A stretch of DNA of 64,000 nt from Dipteris shenzhenensis (taxonomy: Eukaryota): NCBI GenBank assembly GCA_047967505.1, contig CM106538.1. One strand, given 5' to 3'. Shown here piece by piece: positions 39,001-51,919 of this stretch (position 1 is its first letter; the number at the start of each line of letters is the position of its first letter). Under the pieces are notes generated by a model. The model worked only from the letters and a program-made list of their open reading frames with translations, made no database searches and was not told the DNA's origin. Both the position numbers and the translations under genes were made by a program.

Positions 39001-41630
39001 ACTACCAAGGTAGACGATCGGATGGCGAGCCTAAGGCTGATTGCTTATGCTTGTGGTGTTAGCATTATTCACTGATGCCTTTAGTGGTGCATCACCTAGG
39101 ATATGCTGTTTAAATCACCTATTTCTGACAGCATGCTGTGTGAAACGCGCATGCTCTACCCCCATTTGTGATTTTCCCCAAAGTGTTGTGATTCATCTTG
39201 CTGCGATTGAGGCTTCCAGCCCGTTCCAGGCTTGTTTCCAAGGTGCGAAATGACTCTAGCAGCTGTGTGTGGTTCCAGGAGACGAGCTTGTGGTGCGGTT
39301 AAGGTTTCAAAAGACCATCAATCTTCAACTGATGTATGGCCATTTATTGTCTTATTTTTCAGACTACAATGTAGGTACCTAGCTGGTATTTGCTGCCCAC
39401 AGACCTGTTGGTCTTCCGTGGACATTACTAGACTTTCTTGCTTCTCTTATAAAACTACCCTCCTCTCTTTCTTAAAGAAATTAGGATGAGAGTAAGGCAA
39501 ACACGCTACTCTCTTGGCAAACATGCATACTTCACAGCATAGACTGTACTAAAGACAAACGAAATAGACTCAAAAAAACCTCAAATAGAAAATACAAAGG
39601 AAAATGAGGCACAGCAGCACGTCGAGGAAAAGCGAGAGGGCATGTAATGAATCTGTGCACCTTTGAAACTACAAAGACTTTGCATACAAGATTCATTTAG
39701 TTGTATTATACAATATTGTACCATGTTGTCAATATCTCTGAGTCCATCTTGTACAACTGGTTGAAACATGCAAATAAAAACTTGTCATCTGGTAAACCAT
39801 AGTCAGACCGTCTAGGTTGACAAGCAGGGTCCAAAACGTCAGTATTTTTCTGCAACATACCAGGGATGAACAAAAAAACGTCAGCATTTCTCTGCAACAT
39901 AACAGGGATGAATAAAAGAACACATTGTCTTAGGAAAATTTCCCTTCGTTTTCAAACTTTATGCACAGAAGACTTCTTCACCAGGAAAGAAATTTCCAGT
40001 TATAAAATCACCTGCTTATAGTCATTGACAAAGTAGCAATGTGGTAGATGAACAAGTTTCTCTGAGTATATATGTGCCAACTGAGTTGGAGAAACAAACT
40101 GCACTCACAAGGTAAAATGGGTGACATCCTGCTATAAGACAAATATAATTGTACACCCATGCACTAGTGTGCAGGTAACAATAAGACAGTGCAAGGCTCA
40201 CAAGATTACCTCATCAGTCACCAAATAATCAATGTAATTAGCACCAGTTGTTCCAGGAAATCCCATATAGGACACTTGTATTGGAGCTGGTTGCATTGCA
40301 AAAACTTCATTTCGAGCTCCCTGAAAGATAAAATTAAGCAGCTCAGAGAAAGCCCAAAAAATGCAGGAATAAGAACTCAACACAGTGAAACTTTGGTTCA
40401 CATGATTCATTAAGCACCTTTGTGTATCCATTGAGATTGATAAGAATCTGTATTTGATCATCAGCAATTGTCCTTGCTATTACATCAGATGAATAAGATG
40501 ATACATCTATGAAATGTTCAGCTTCTGCAGCTATTCGCATCCTCCACTCACTCCCATCACTTTGACTTAATGCATAGCAGAATACCTGCATGATTTTTCA
40601 GACTCAGTAAAAGCTTTCAGCCTCTGAAAGATTGATTGCCCTGCATCATAGAACAGACTGAGAAGCAGAAGCAGCATACCTCCACATTTTTTCGATCATG
40701 CATTCCAAAAACAGAACCCATGAGATGAGAAAGGGGATGGTTGCCAAAATCACTGCTAACATAGCTGAAAGCCAACAGAGTAAAAAGTAAGCAGCAATAT
40801 AACCATGACAAGACTAAGAGTCTCAAATACCTGGAAAGTCAAATTGGCATGCACAGTCAGTTAAACTTTACTATGTACCCTTGAAAATTGTAGAATTCTC
40901 ACAAATTTTTATTGAAAAGTTTTGTGCATGTAGCCCTTTCAAACATGTGATACAGAATTCTAAAAAAATTATGACCTTTCACCCAAACAATCAAGATAAT
41001 AACAAAACGGGCTGCATACCCAACTCTTAATCGCCCACTGCCACCATCATTCTTTACAGGTATGGCAGGAGGATGATTGAATGATTGCAGGCCAAAGCGT
41101 GACGCAATCAAGCAGCAATGCTCTGCATACTTGCGGCTGAAATTCAAAAATATGAAAACCTGAGAAATTGATGGCATGAGCGTGCAAATTACCAAAGGAG
41201 AAAAAGGAATAGAAAAGAGAGAAAAAAGTGTTCCTTGCTTTCACAACACTATACCTGATCTCCAAAGCAATAAGGGGATCAATGGGATATGCAATAGCAT
41301 GAAAAGGCTGAACACTGGGAAGAAGCTGCATCTGTTATAGTCCATGGCATTTAATCCACATCAAGCCATTCTTTAGATTTATGAGATAAATGCATACATG
41401 CTTTTAAAATTCAAACAATGAGGACAGCTTCCGTTTCAACTATAGAAGGAAGTCTGAAATCAAAAAATGCTTTATCCCATTGATTAAGTTTGGAATAACC
41501 CTTGACCAAGGCGAGCTATAAAATACTGACTGAACTCAGAAATGCTTACAGCAATTACCTGGATCTGCCGTTTGATAATGCCCTCAATTTCCATGAACTT
41601 GGTCTCACGGTCATCCCAGTCACAGACACA
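29963..41630 (-). CDS. SEC: O-GlcNAc transferase SECRET AGENT-like (GT41), 13 C-terminal exons, 471 aa
   Basis: Exons 41630-41559, 41331-41255, 41136-41020, 40764-40680, 40585-40418, 40320-40210, 40098-40012, 39849-39722, 31100-31018, 30939-30834, 30675-30529, 30342-30222 and 30076-29963, all GT-AG and in phase. Motifs [89 protein letters not shown]. Confidence 0.95.
31416..32491 (+). mobile_element. 5'-truncated L1-like LINE in a SEC intron (antisense to SEC)
   Basis: zf-RVT-type region ([15 protein letters not shown]...CQMC...HCLWSC), poly(A) at ~32485-32493, 14-bp TSD AAGACATATACATA at 31402-31415 and 32492-32505. Confidence 0.92.
32710..33412 (-). mobile_element. Solo or partial LTR related to the chromovirus LTR at 50159-50820
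   Basis: Shares 'gcccagaaataagga..gacccccct.aaggtctttatt' and 'cattagaggttagc.aaatgcatgcatt'. The minus strand starts TGTCAC at 33412. The left edge is approximate. Confidence 0.7.
34523..34910 (+). mobile_element. LTR fragment of the same family as the solo LTR at 46121-47298
   Basis: Begins 'gttggaaaggtcacctccccatctgtaagcccccc.aaatgaggagagc', nearly identical to 46121 onward. Confidence 0.75.
35292..36125 (-). mobile_element. Gypsy integrase and chromodomain remnants
   Basis: IVSDRDSKF...[12 protein letters not shown] (35613-35885), [14 protein letters not shown] (35292-35573) and [12 protein letters not shown] near 36095-36125. Confidence 0.8.
36134..37577 (-). mobile_element. Copia RT/RNase H 3' fragment between two copies of an LTR start
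   Basis: ORF 36269-37249 ([24 protein letters not shown]), PPT at 36256-36265. Repeats at 36134-36255 and 37400-37577 both start TGTTAGAATCTC on the minus strand. Confidence 0.85.
37578..39300 (+). mobile_element. LTR plus PBS and truncated leader of an LTR retrotransposon
   Basis: TATA-like cctataaaagg at ~37821, LTR end ...GTTTCA at 38482, PBS TGGTATCAGAGCC at 38485-38497. Patchy similarity to the 46121-47298 LTR. Outer edges are approximate. Confidence 0.65.
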
Positions 41631-41934
41631 CTGAGATACCAGAAAATAGTGATCCTCCACTATAAGTTATATACAAAACTTTTTGAGAGTAAACATCACA
41701 CACACCATAGGCTGGAAAAAGGCAAAGCACAAAGTACCCACACATGCTTAGCTGTAACCATGCAATATCAATGCATGCACTCATGTTTCCACACCTACCC
41801 CATACACACATTCCAAGACTACACTTAATAGATCTCCACCCCAAAAAGATCAATTTCAGACTTATTTGAAGATAGCCATCCATGTAGGAAGATATATCAA
41901 TGCAGGTCTATCTAGGGCAAAGCCGGGAACAAGC

Positions 41935-42094
41935 CCAGTAAAAAGGAACAAGGCAACTTTGAGCTCATGGCAGTCACCCAAATGGCATCATATTCATGAA
42001 GCATGGCAGTAGAATAGACCAAATTTTATGAACACATTCCAAAACAAAGGTAAGATTGGAAAGAAAAAAACTGAGGTATAGAAAAAGACTACCT

Positions 42095-42149
<55 letters not shown>

Positions 42150-42538
42150 TTTATTACCTTTTTTGAAAGACTGAAGGGTCTATGAGACTGAAGAAAATAA
42201 AGATACAATAAAAGCTAAGGGTGGCCACTAAAGCTGGGCATCCACACCCAAGGCTGAGGTTTGAGACGAGAATGTCAAAAAGAGATAAACCACAGTCTCT
42301 ACAGGAATATACACATATGCCTGTCCGTATGAGAACCAAAAACATCAAAAGAAGGGGAGGAAGACCCTTGTCAATGGGCCAGTAAAAAGGAACAAGGCAA
42401 CTTTGAGCTCATGGCAGTCACCCAAATGGCATCATATTCATGAAGCATGGCAGTAGAATAGACCAAATTTTATGAACACATTCCAAAACAAAGGTAAGAT
42501 TGGAAAGAAAAAAACTGAGGTATAGAAAAAGACTACCT

Positions 42539-42579
<41 letters not shown>

Positions 42580-42812
42580 TTTATTACCTTTTTTGAAAGA
42601 CTGAAGGGTCTATGAGACTGAAGAAAATAAAGATACAATAAAAGCTAAGGGTGGCCACTAAAGCTGGGCATCCACACCCAAGGCTGAGGTTTGAGACGAG
42701 AATGTCAAAAAGAGATAAACCACAGTCTCTACAGGAATATACACATATGCCTGTCCGTATGAGAACCAAAAACATCAAAAGAAGGGGAGGAAGACCCTTG
42801 TCAATGGGCCAG
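41935..42812. repeat. Tandem duplication (~444 and ~430 bp) in a SEC intron, each unit with a (GA)n tract
   Basis: Units start ccagtaaaaaggaacaagg at 41935 and 42379. They look identical apart from (GA)n length. Confidence 0.95.
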
Positions 42813-43385
42813 CCGGTCAGCTGACCCTCTGAGTGATGGAGCCTATGTATGCTATGTAAGAGACCAACTCTATCGGTTCGCTGAGGAAAGAAGAGATGAT
42901 CTTGGCTCTGGTGAGGACTAGCGCCGTCAAGGAAGGAAATCAAATTGTTGTTGATTCTCAACCTGATAAGTCTGTCTCCGAGAAACAGCTCATCATCTAA
43001 TGAGCGCTATCATCACTCTAGAGGTCTATCTCCCCAAGTCGAATAGTAAAGATACGGTCCTCAAACGTACGTCAACTTGAGAGCGAGTGTGTCATGTCAA
43101 GCTCTCTAGACCCAAGAGTTTTCCCTTTGTGGCATGTAGTTATATATTTTGACACTCGGCATGTTGCCAAAATATTGAGCCATGAGCTCTTTGTAAAAAG
43201 GAATCACGTTTGGAATTTGTAAGAGTAGTTTCCACGCTGAACTCTTGTACTCAGATTCTCTTCATGAATAAAAACCTTCAAGGGGGTCCAACCCGACGAT
43301 TGTCCTGGGTCCTTGTGTGTTTGTAGAGAGAGGGAGAGAGGGAGAGCAAGAGAGAGTGTTTGCAGTAAATTTGTCTCCTAAGATT

Positions 43386-46300
43386 ACACTTTAACCCATT
43401 AGAGGTTAGCGAAATGCATGCATTCTCAGTTCTTGGACTATTTCTAGTCCCTTATGGGCATCCCCACAGTCCTCTTTTTACCAATGCAAGGCAAAAGTAA
43501 AACAATAAAACTTATTCCTAGTTAACCAACTTCACAATTCTTTGACCGAAGTCAATTCTAATAAAGATTACTATTAATTGTGATACAACTGTAAAACTTG
43601 AGGATACTCTGAGAAGAATTCCTCATCTACCCACTTGGCATCAAGTCCCAAATAATTCTTAAACTTGACAAGGTATATACAAATAACCTTGCCTCTGGGT
43701 CCTTTCTTCTTTGTATGAGATACAATTTGTTCTGGTTGGAGGATCTCCTCCATCTCTTTCACCTCACGTGGCTCTTCTTTTGAACTGGTTCTGTGAGTTC
43801 TGGTCCTTGATACTTCTTTAGAAGACTCACATGAAAAGCATTGTGAATCTTCCAAGTCTCGGGCAGCTCTAGTCAAAAAGCGACTTCATTTATGACCTCA
43901 CTAACTCTAAATGGTCCATAATAGCTAGGAGACAACTTTGGGTATACTTTCTCTTTTCCTTTCATCTTTCTGAATCATGCTTTTTTAAACTTTAGTAAGA
44001 CCCAATCTGCTTCTTGGAGATTTATCTCCCCTCCGGTGCTTGTATGCTTCCTTCTTTTGCTTTTGTTGAGATCTTTCAATTGTTGTCCGTACTTTTGAGA
44101 GAGTTGTATCTAAGTCTCAGACATACTGGTCGGCTGCAAATATCTCATCCTTTGTTCTAAGGATAGGTGGTAGAATCACCTTTCCATAAATAACTTCGAA
44201 TGGGGCTTCTCCTGTGGAGCTATGAACAGTGTTATTGTATGCAAATTCCACAAGAGGAAGATACTTTTCCCATTCGATCTTCTGCTCAGATGCATAAACT
44301 TGAGAAGATCCGATACCGTGGAATTGGCATTTCACCTTGTCTGTCTAAGGATGAAAAGAAGATGAAAAGTCCAGCTTCGTCTCCATATTATCAAATAATG
44401 CTCTCCAAAATAAACTAGTCAGCCTTGGGTCTTGATCACTAACAATCGACTTAGGCATCCCATGGTGCTTGAAGATCTGTGCCAAAAACAATCGGGCCAT
44501 GTGGAATGAAATGGGCCTGCTTGCTGAACCTGGCAATGATGGTCCATATCCCATCATTCTCGTATCTGGATCTAAGAAGATCAAAGATGAAATCCATGGC
44601 AATGCTTTCCCATGGTCCCTGCGGTATGGGCAGCAGCATGAGAAGTCCTGGGATCTTCTGCCTATCATACTTTACCTTTTAGCACGTAAAACATTCAATT
44701 ACAAACTTGTGAATTTCTTTCCGCATCCTTGGCCAAAAGAAATCTCTCTCAATGGCCTGTGTAGTAGACAGAATACCTCAATGCCTTGCATTAGGAGGAG
44801 CGTGACATTCTTTCAAAACTTTGGCTCGCATGTCTTGGGTCACACAAAGATGATCATCTTTCATGAGAAATATGTCTTTCAGTGTATACTGGCTGGATGA
44901 TACTCCCTATCATGGTCTCTCCGAAATGTGGACCCTGTAAATAAAGCTCTTTCATAGCCGTGATATGCTAAATAAAGCATCTGCAACCCTGTTACGAGCT
45001 CCTGGAGTTATGAACAATCTGAAAATGAAACATGGACAGAGAATTTGCCCACTTCATCTGCTTTTCAGAGATCTTGGTCTGAGTCAAGAAATACTAAGAC
45101 TGTAGTGGTCGGTCTTGACTTTAAAGTCAGCTCCAAGAAGATAATGCTTCCAAATATCATGAATAACTGCTAGCATCTCTTTCTCATAAACACCCAACAG
45201 CATCTTGGCATCACGCAGCCTCCTGCTTTCATAAGCTATAACCCAACCTTCTTGATGGAGGGCAGCTCCCACACAATCTCCACATGCATCACAGTCCACA
45301 TCAAACAGTTTCTGTAAATGTCGAGCAATGAGAATAGGCTCGGTCGCTCGCTTTTCTTTGAGAGCATTAAAAGCTGTCCTTTGTCTTTCTCCCCACCTAA
45401 AAACTATATTTTTCTTGGTCAAGTCATGTAAGGGGGCTGCTATATCAGCAAAGTGTCAGATGAAGCGTATGTAATAGGAACAAAGCCAAAGAAAGCTGCA
45501 TAGTTCATGTACCGAGGTGAGCTCTGGCCATTCTTGTATAGCTTTAATCTTGGCTGGATCCATCCTAATCCCTTCCTTGGAAATAATGTGTCCAAGATAA
45601 TGAATCTCATCAAGAAAAAATTCGTTCGTTTTGGCATTAATAAAAAGTTTATGATTTCTTAGTTCTTGAAACACAGTAGCTAAGTGCTCTTTGTGCTCTT
45701 CTTATGTCTTAAAAAAGACCAAAAATCATCAAAGAAAGTGCTTGTAAAGTACCTGTACGATCTGAAAATTCTGTTCATCATACGATTGAAAGTGGCCAGT
45801 GCATCGGTAAGCCCAAAAGGCAAAGTCCAAAAGTGATCCGAAAAGCTGTCTTATGGACATCTTGTGGGTGGATCCTCATCTTATGATATCCACTTTTTAA
45901 ATCAATACAGCTGAAAATCGTGGCCCCCTTCAGTCTATCCAAAATATCATATATGCGAGGGATTGGAAATCTGTTCTTGACTGTCATTTTATTAAGAGCT
46001 CTATGATCCACACACATACGATAAGAGCCATCCTTCTTTTGAACTAAGAGCACTGGTGAACAAAAGGGTGAGGAACTAAGCCTGATAAGCCCTTTGGAGA
46101 GCAAATCCTGTACCTGTACCTGTTGGAATGGTCACCTCCCCATCTGTAAGCCCCCAAATGAGGAGAGCGTGGGGAAGGGAGACCTAGGGCAGGATGTGCC
46201 CAAGAGGAAAAGAAGAGAGGGGGCTGCCACATGGGCAGCACCTCACATCAAACATGGAAGGTACCCGGAGCTAGGATGGATCTGCATGGCGCTGACATCG

Positions 46301-49300
46301 GCAGTGTACGGAATTGTACGGCGCTGGAGAAGAGCCTGGCAGAGGGCAGAACCAGCAGGACAAACAAGCGCTGACATGGCAGGTCAGGAGCGCAGGTGTA
46401 CAGGGCTGCATGGGGCCTGGTAGAGCAGCAAATGGGGCTGCCAGTGGGCAGTGGCATGCCTTATATAGGCTGGGCCCCTGCCTTGATTGGAGGGCCAAAA
46501 GCCCTAGAAGTGTGGGCCAAAGGGCCCTAGTTTTGTGAGCACTTAAAGGGCTGGTTGGGCTGAGCCAACCTGGCCTGTCCAGTTGGCCCAGATTGGGACA
46601 GACTGGTCGGGTTTTTGACAGGCCCCTAGGCCTATAAAAGGAGGGGCTTCATGCCCCATTATTTATCCAACATCCAGCAGAAAGTGGAGCAGACAGGAGC
46701 AGCCTGAAGGCATTCCCTTTGGCCTCATCTTGGAGGTAAAGGAGATTTAAAGGAGTGCTGCAGACTGAGTTCCCTAAGGGCTGGGACCTTGGCTGTCTTC
46801 TAGGGCAGCAAGGTGTTGTGATCATCATACCTTCTGGAGCAGCCATTCACAAGCAGGTTGGAGCAGTGGAACAGGGACCTGTGTGCTGCAGACAAAGCTT
46901 GGCAAGGGCTGCCCACCTAGGCTGATTCACAGGCAGTAAGGTGGAGAAGAACACACTGGACGGAAAGTCTACAGACGCTAGGTGGAGCACGCAGACTCGA
47001 GTCTAGAGATAGCCAACATATTGGAGAAGGACCTTGCGGTTAGATCAGAGGACCACACCATTGGTGGGATTCTGGATCTATCTATTTTGTATCGTGTCCA
47101 TAGTTTTGGACGGAAATATATATTTTGGTGGTTTCCCTATCTGGTTGGTTCATTGTCTATTGATGAGTCTGCACATCTATGTGACGCACATAAGTAAAGA
47201 AGTTTGTGATTCCACACCCACACCGCACACTGTGTGAGCTCCTGGGCATTACTATAAGTCTTCCGCTGCGTGTACCCTCTGTTGGGTATTTTCTAACACT
47301 TCTTATGTCTTAGAAAAGACCAAAAATCATCAAAGAAAGTGCTTGTAAAGTACTTGTACGATCTGAAAATTCTGTCCATCATACGATTGAAAGTGGCCGG
47401 TGCATCGGTAAGCCCAAAAGGCAAAGTCCAAAAGTGATCCGAAAAGCTGTCTTATGGACATCTTGTGGGTGGATCCTTATCTTATGATATCCACTTTTTA
47501 AATCAATACACTTGAAAATCGTGGCCCCTTTCAGTCTGTCCAAAATATCATATATGCGAGGGATTGGAAATCTGTTCTTGACTGTCATTTTATTAAGAGC
47601 TCTATAATCCACACACATACGATAAGAGCCATCCTTCTTTTGAACTAAGAGCACTGGTGAACAAAAGGGTGAGGAACTAAGCCTGATAAGTCCTTTGGAG
47701 AGCAAATCATGTACCTGTGCCATAATTTCTTTAGTCTGCTCATATGATAAGGTGGTCAATTCGGGGGCTCACTTTCTGGAAGGAGCTCTATAACATCATC
47801 TTCATGTCATTCTGGAGGAAGCTCTCATGGTAGAGAATTGGAAAAACAATCTTTAAAAGATTCTAGAAACAGAAATTTTTCTTTTTCTAAAGGACTTATT
47901 CCCACTTGATGTTCACCCTCTCTCTTTGACAAAGACCATATATGCAGAAATTGAAGACTTTATTGATTTAGCAATGGAAATATTTGATACAACTGGAATG
48001 GTCCTTGTGTTGCTTCTTCCGATAGGGTTCTTGTTTTAGAATCAAGAACTACCTCCTTTCTATGGAACCACGGCATACCCAAAATAACATCATAATGCTT
48101 GAGTGGTGAAACATAAAACTCTTCGTGGTCTACATAGTCCTGTACATGAATTTTGCGCTTTCCAATCAAAAGTGTGACTTTGACTGGATCCCCTTCAAAA
48201 ACATGCTGTGCATCCAAAGATAATCCCAATTCTTCCGTCTTAATTCCTAGCCTCAAAGCTAGGTCTTCTGTCGGTAGATCTTGGATGAAAAAGAATTAAG
48301 GCATTCTGATCTCTTACTTTACCCCACGCGAGGCAAAGTTCTCGCTTTCTTGCTTCTCTGGTTCTACCCAACATATCTGGGGAGGACCGCCACAAGCTTT
48401 TGGTGATTCTCTTGGCGTTTTCTGCTCCCTTGGACCTGTAGGCCTTTTGGTGCATTGGGCAGCCATATGCCCTTCTTTTCCACAATGGAAACACTTAACC
48501 TCCTTTCGGAAGGCTTCAATCTGTTCAGGAGTAAACTTTGACTTCCCTTTGAAGGGCTTGAATGGGCCCCTCGGCTTCTAAGGCTGAAATCTCTTTGGAC
48601 CTTGCATTGGTGCCACAACCCTCTTGCTAGTATCCACAACCTTCCCTTTTTCTGCCATAGTGTGAAGGTCGTCTTCCCTTAACAGTTCAACCACGGAAGC
48701 TGAATGCATCAAATCTCAGAGCTTCGTCTTCTTTGAATCAATGCTTACTTGAGTTCATATGTTGGGAAGCAATCCCCCTCGATACTTCCGAAGCTTCGTC
48801 TTTTTTGAAATTTCTTTGAAGGGTGTGATCTGAAGATAAGCTGTCCAAAACTTTTAAATATATGTCTCGATGGTGTCAGCGAAGTCTCTTCCGCAACTAG
48901 AAGAGCTCCTCACGAAGCACTGGCACTGTTTGCCAGATGAAGACTTACAATCTTTAACTTGGACATCTCACGATAGTGCCCCGTTTTGAAGGCTATATCG
49001 AGCTGGCGTATGACTGCAAAGCATTTTGAGTCACTCCATACTTTCCATTAAAAGTAGTAAACTTGACCGACTTACCACCTTCCCTGAATGACGAGAGCGT
49101 CCCTTGAATACAGAAGAAGATGAGGAAGAGAAAGAAGAGGAAGAAGAAGAACTAGAAGAGGTTGGGCTTGAACTGGGAGATCTCCTTCCATGCTTTCGGC
49201 TTCTTCTCCCGTGAGGCTTCAAGCTCCTCCCTCTTTTTCTTGAAGTATGACGCTCCTAGTGCGATGCAGGACTCCAGGAACACTTCCTTGAAGTATATGA

Positions 49301-50820
49301 ATGCTTGGAGAGGTCTTTTGATGGAGGGGTGAGAGAAAGCTCTTGATCTCCCTTTTCTTTTGGCAATATTGAAACGTGTTTGGTCATCATCTCCTCGAAT
49401 AGATGCTGAAATCGAGGCTTTTGATTCAGAGACTGAAGCTCCCTGATCTTTGCTTTCACAAATCCTTCACTAAGGTCATCTTCATATCCCTTAGAATGCT
49501 TCTTATTGGATCGTCTAGAGGCTGAACTAGGCCTTTTGGTAGCTAAACTCTCGTGCTCCAAAACCATGATGTGGGAGATAGAGAATTGAACCCACCGAAT
49601 CAATTTAACTGGGCCTAAAGCAATCAACTGCAAAGCCCTTACTCCTTTCAAGGAGGTAAACGCTTACGGGTGAAGATGGGAGTCGACCCGATGCACGATG
49701 AAGTATCAATGGGTGTGGCTCTTGGTTGTATGGTTCAACCACTAGTCCATGGTATGGGTGCAAAATATAAAATATTATTTGCACGTTTCTCCAAACCCCA
49801 TGTCTGCAAGCTTGCTCTAAGTTCCACTGGTCTGTGAGCCCACCTGCGGATGATATTCCGTCCGTCTACGGTTCCGTTTGCCTACAAGTTCGCATGCGGG
49901 ATGATGTTCCATCTGCCTACACCTGTACAGCTGTATTCCATCCACTCCGTTTGCCTATCCATCTGTGGATGTTCTGTCCGCCTGCCTGCGGACGTTCTGT
50001 CCGCCCGTCCGTCTGCAAATGTTATGTCCGCGTGCGGATGTTCCGTCCGCCTATAGATGTGATCCGAGGTCTCCCGATATGCGTCTGTCAGACGTCTTTA
50101 CCAAGGTCTGTGCGCCGTTGCTATCAAGGAAAGTAGCAAAACCATGCTCTGATACCACTATACCCTAGCGCTGGAAAATTTGTACACTTCTCAAGATACA
50201 TACTGGAGCTATGAAAGTTGAACCGCCAATTAGATGGAGTGCTGGGAGAGAAGGGTAAGGAGCAAAACACAACACTAGGGCCCAGAAATAAGGATTGGAC
50301 CCCCCTGAAGGTCTTTATTACAATAGAATAATCTTTGTACAACTCGCTCTTGAAAGAGCATAGAACTAAGTACAATTCTGAATACATCTGGGAGGCTAGA
50401 GGGCCTTTGTTTTATAGACTAGGCCTAGCAAAATGCTAGGGCTTGCTTTCTAAAGGCTACTTTTTCATAAAAGCTAAGCTTTCAGGCCTTTCTTCCTAAA
50501 TTGGAGGGTTTAGGTGGCTTTTTAGTCTTGTAGACCCTCTTTTAAAGAGATGCCCCCTTGTCCTTGCTTAAGAACCTTGTGGGACCTACTTTTTGTGCTT
50601 TTCTCTCAAACTTAGAGTACTTTTTGCACTCTCTTGAGTCCTGCACATTGCACAAACAAATTCCAACACTTTAACCCATTAGAGGTTAGCAAAATGCATG
50701 CATTCCTAGTTCTTGGACTATTTCTAGTCCCTTGTAGGCATCCCCACAGTTCTCTTTTTACCAATGCAGGGCACAAAGTCAATTCTAATAAAGATTACTC
50801 TTTATTCCCAAATGGTGACA
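43386..50820 (-). mobile_element. Decayed chromovirus (Ty3/Gypsy) retrotransposon
   Basis: 5' LTR at ~50159-50820, PBS TGGTATCAGAGC at 50157-50146, protease (47960-48256, YDVILGMPW), RT (47379-47759), RNase H (45084-45422), integrase (44117-44900), chromodomain (43574-43876, YLVKFKNY...AKW), and a truncated 3' LTR at ~43386-43587 matching ~50667-50800. Confidence 0.9.
46121..47298 (+). mobile_element. Solo LTR (1178 bp) inside the chromovirus RT
   Basis: TGTTGG...CTAACA termini and a TATA-like cctataaaagg at ~46631. Flanked by a ~420-bp direct duplication of RT sequence. Confidence 0.85.
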
Positions 50821-51534
50821 ACCGAATTGTTGTCCTCTCTACCTAATGCCCACAGAGTGTCATGACTGCCCAAATGATGTCTTGCTTGTACTCTAAATCA
50901 TGTAGTCACCTGAGTAGTCGAGCTCATGTCACCATGTCAAAAGCCTTATGAAAATCCATAAAGCAACAATATACCCTCTACTTCCGTGCCTTGATCTCCT
51001 CAATGACCCCTCTCAGTGTCAAAATGTGATACGTCATCAAGTGGTCTGCTCAGAGGCCTACCTGCCTTTACAATAGCTTTGAATCCCTCACGCTCCACAT
51101 GCTGGCTGACCTGAGTGTCAAGTGCTCAGGCATAAATATTGGACCCACATACTTCAAAGAAGGCAAAACAATACGCCCATATCCAAGCAAAGTCAATACT
51201 TCCAAAAAAGCCTACAATGTGTATAGATGACTCACACCTCAACAAAATGGAAATGTATCTACCTAACTGTTTTCTTTAATACATTATAGATTGCCTATAA
51301 GTTACTTGTTTCTTCTTCCAAATGCCTGCAATGCAAATATCATGTAATTTATAATATTTCCTTAAGGCCTCCTGATGTTGAATATAGATTTACACTGACC
51401 CATGCGTGAAATTTGAAGTGATCAAAAAAATAGGTCATATTTCTAGTTTGTTTTACTCCATCGTTAGCTTTGTGACTTGAAATTTAATGAATCTTCCTCA
51501 ATATGACTTAATCTATTACAAGTCATACAAATAC

Positions 51535-51552
51535 CTGCAAGGTGTGAACAAC
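51535..51552 (-). other. Probable 3' remnant of the preceding SEC exon (…HTLQ|gt)
   Basis: The minus strand reads GTT CAC ACC TTG CAG|gtattt. Plant SEC proteins have ...NLLHTLQ immediately before CVCDW. The match is lost upstream. Confidence 0.55.
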
Positions 51553-51919
51553 TATGTCCTGATTTACAAATTGTGTCCATATTTGGCTGGTCGTTGGACT
51601 TAGGTGGTGTGGTAAAGCTCCACCTTATAAATCTTTAAAAATTTGTACTATCTCATTAAACCCCAATCAAAGGAGTTCCCCTTCTCCACTATGCTATATG
51701 CATGTTAGTACTTGTGTGTGATTTCTAAATTGAATTTATGAAGACATACATCCCCTTTTAAGGAAGAACTTAGCATGCATGACGTATTCACATGGACATG
51801 GCAAGTAGTTAACCAAGGACGATTGAACTAGATGTGATCCAACCCCAAATGAGCACGGCTCATAGTTAACGCCGAATAAATCCCAAATTCCTATTCATCC
51901 GAGGATTTGAGGGTCATTC

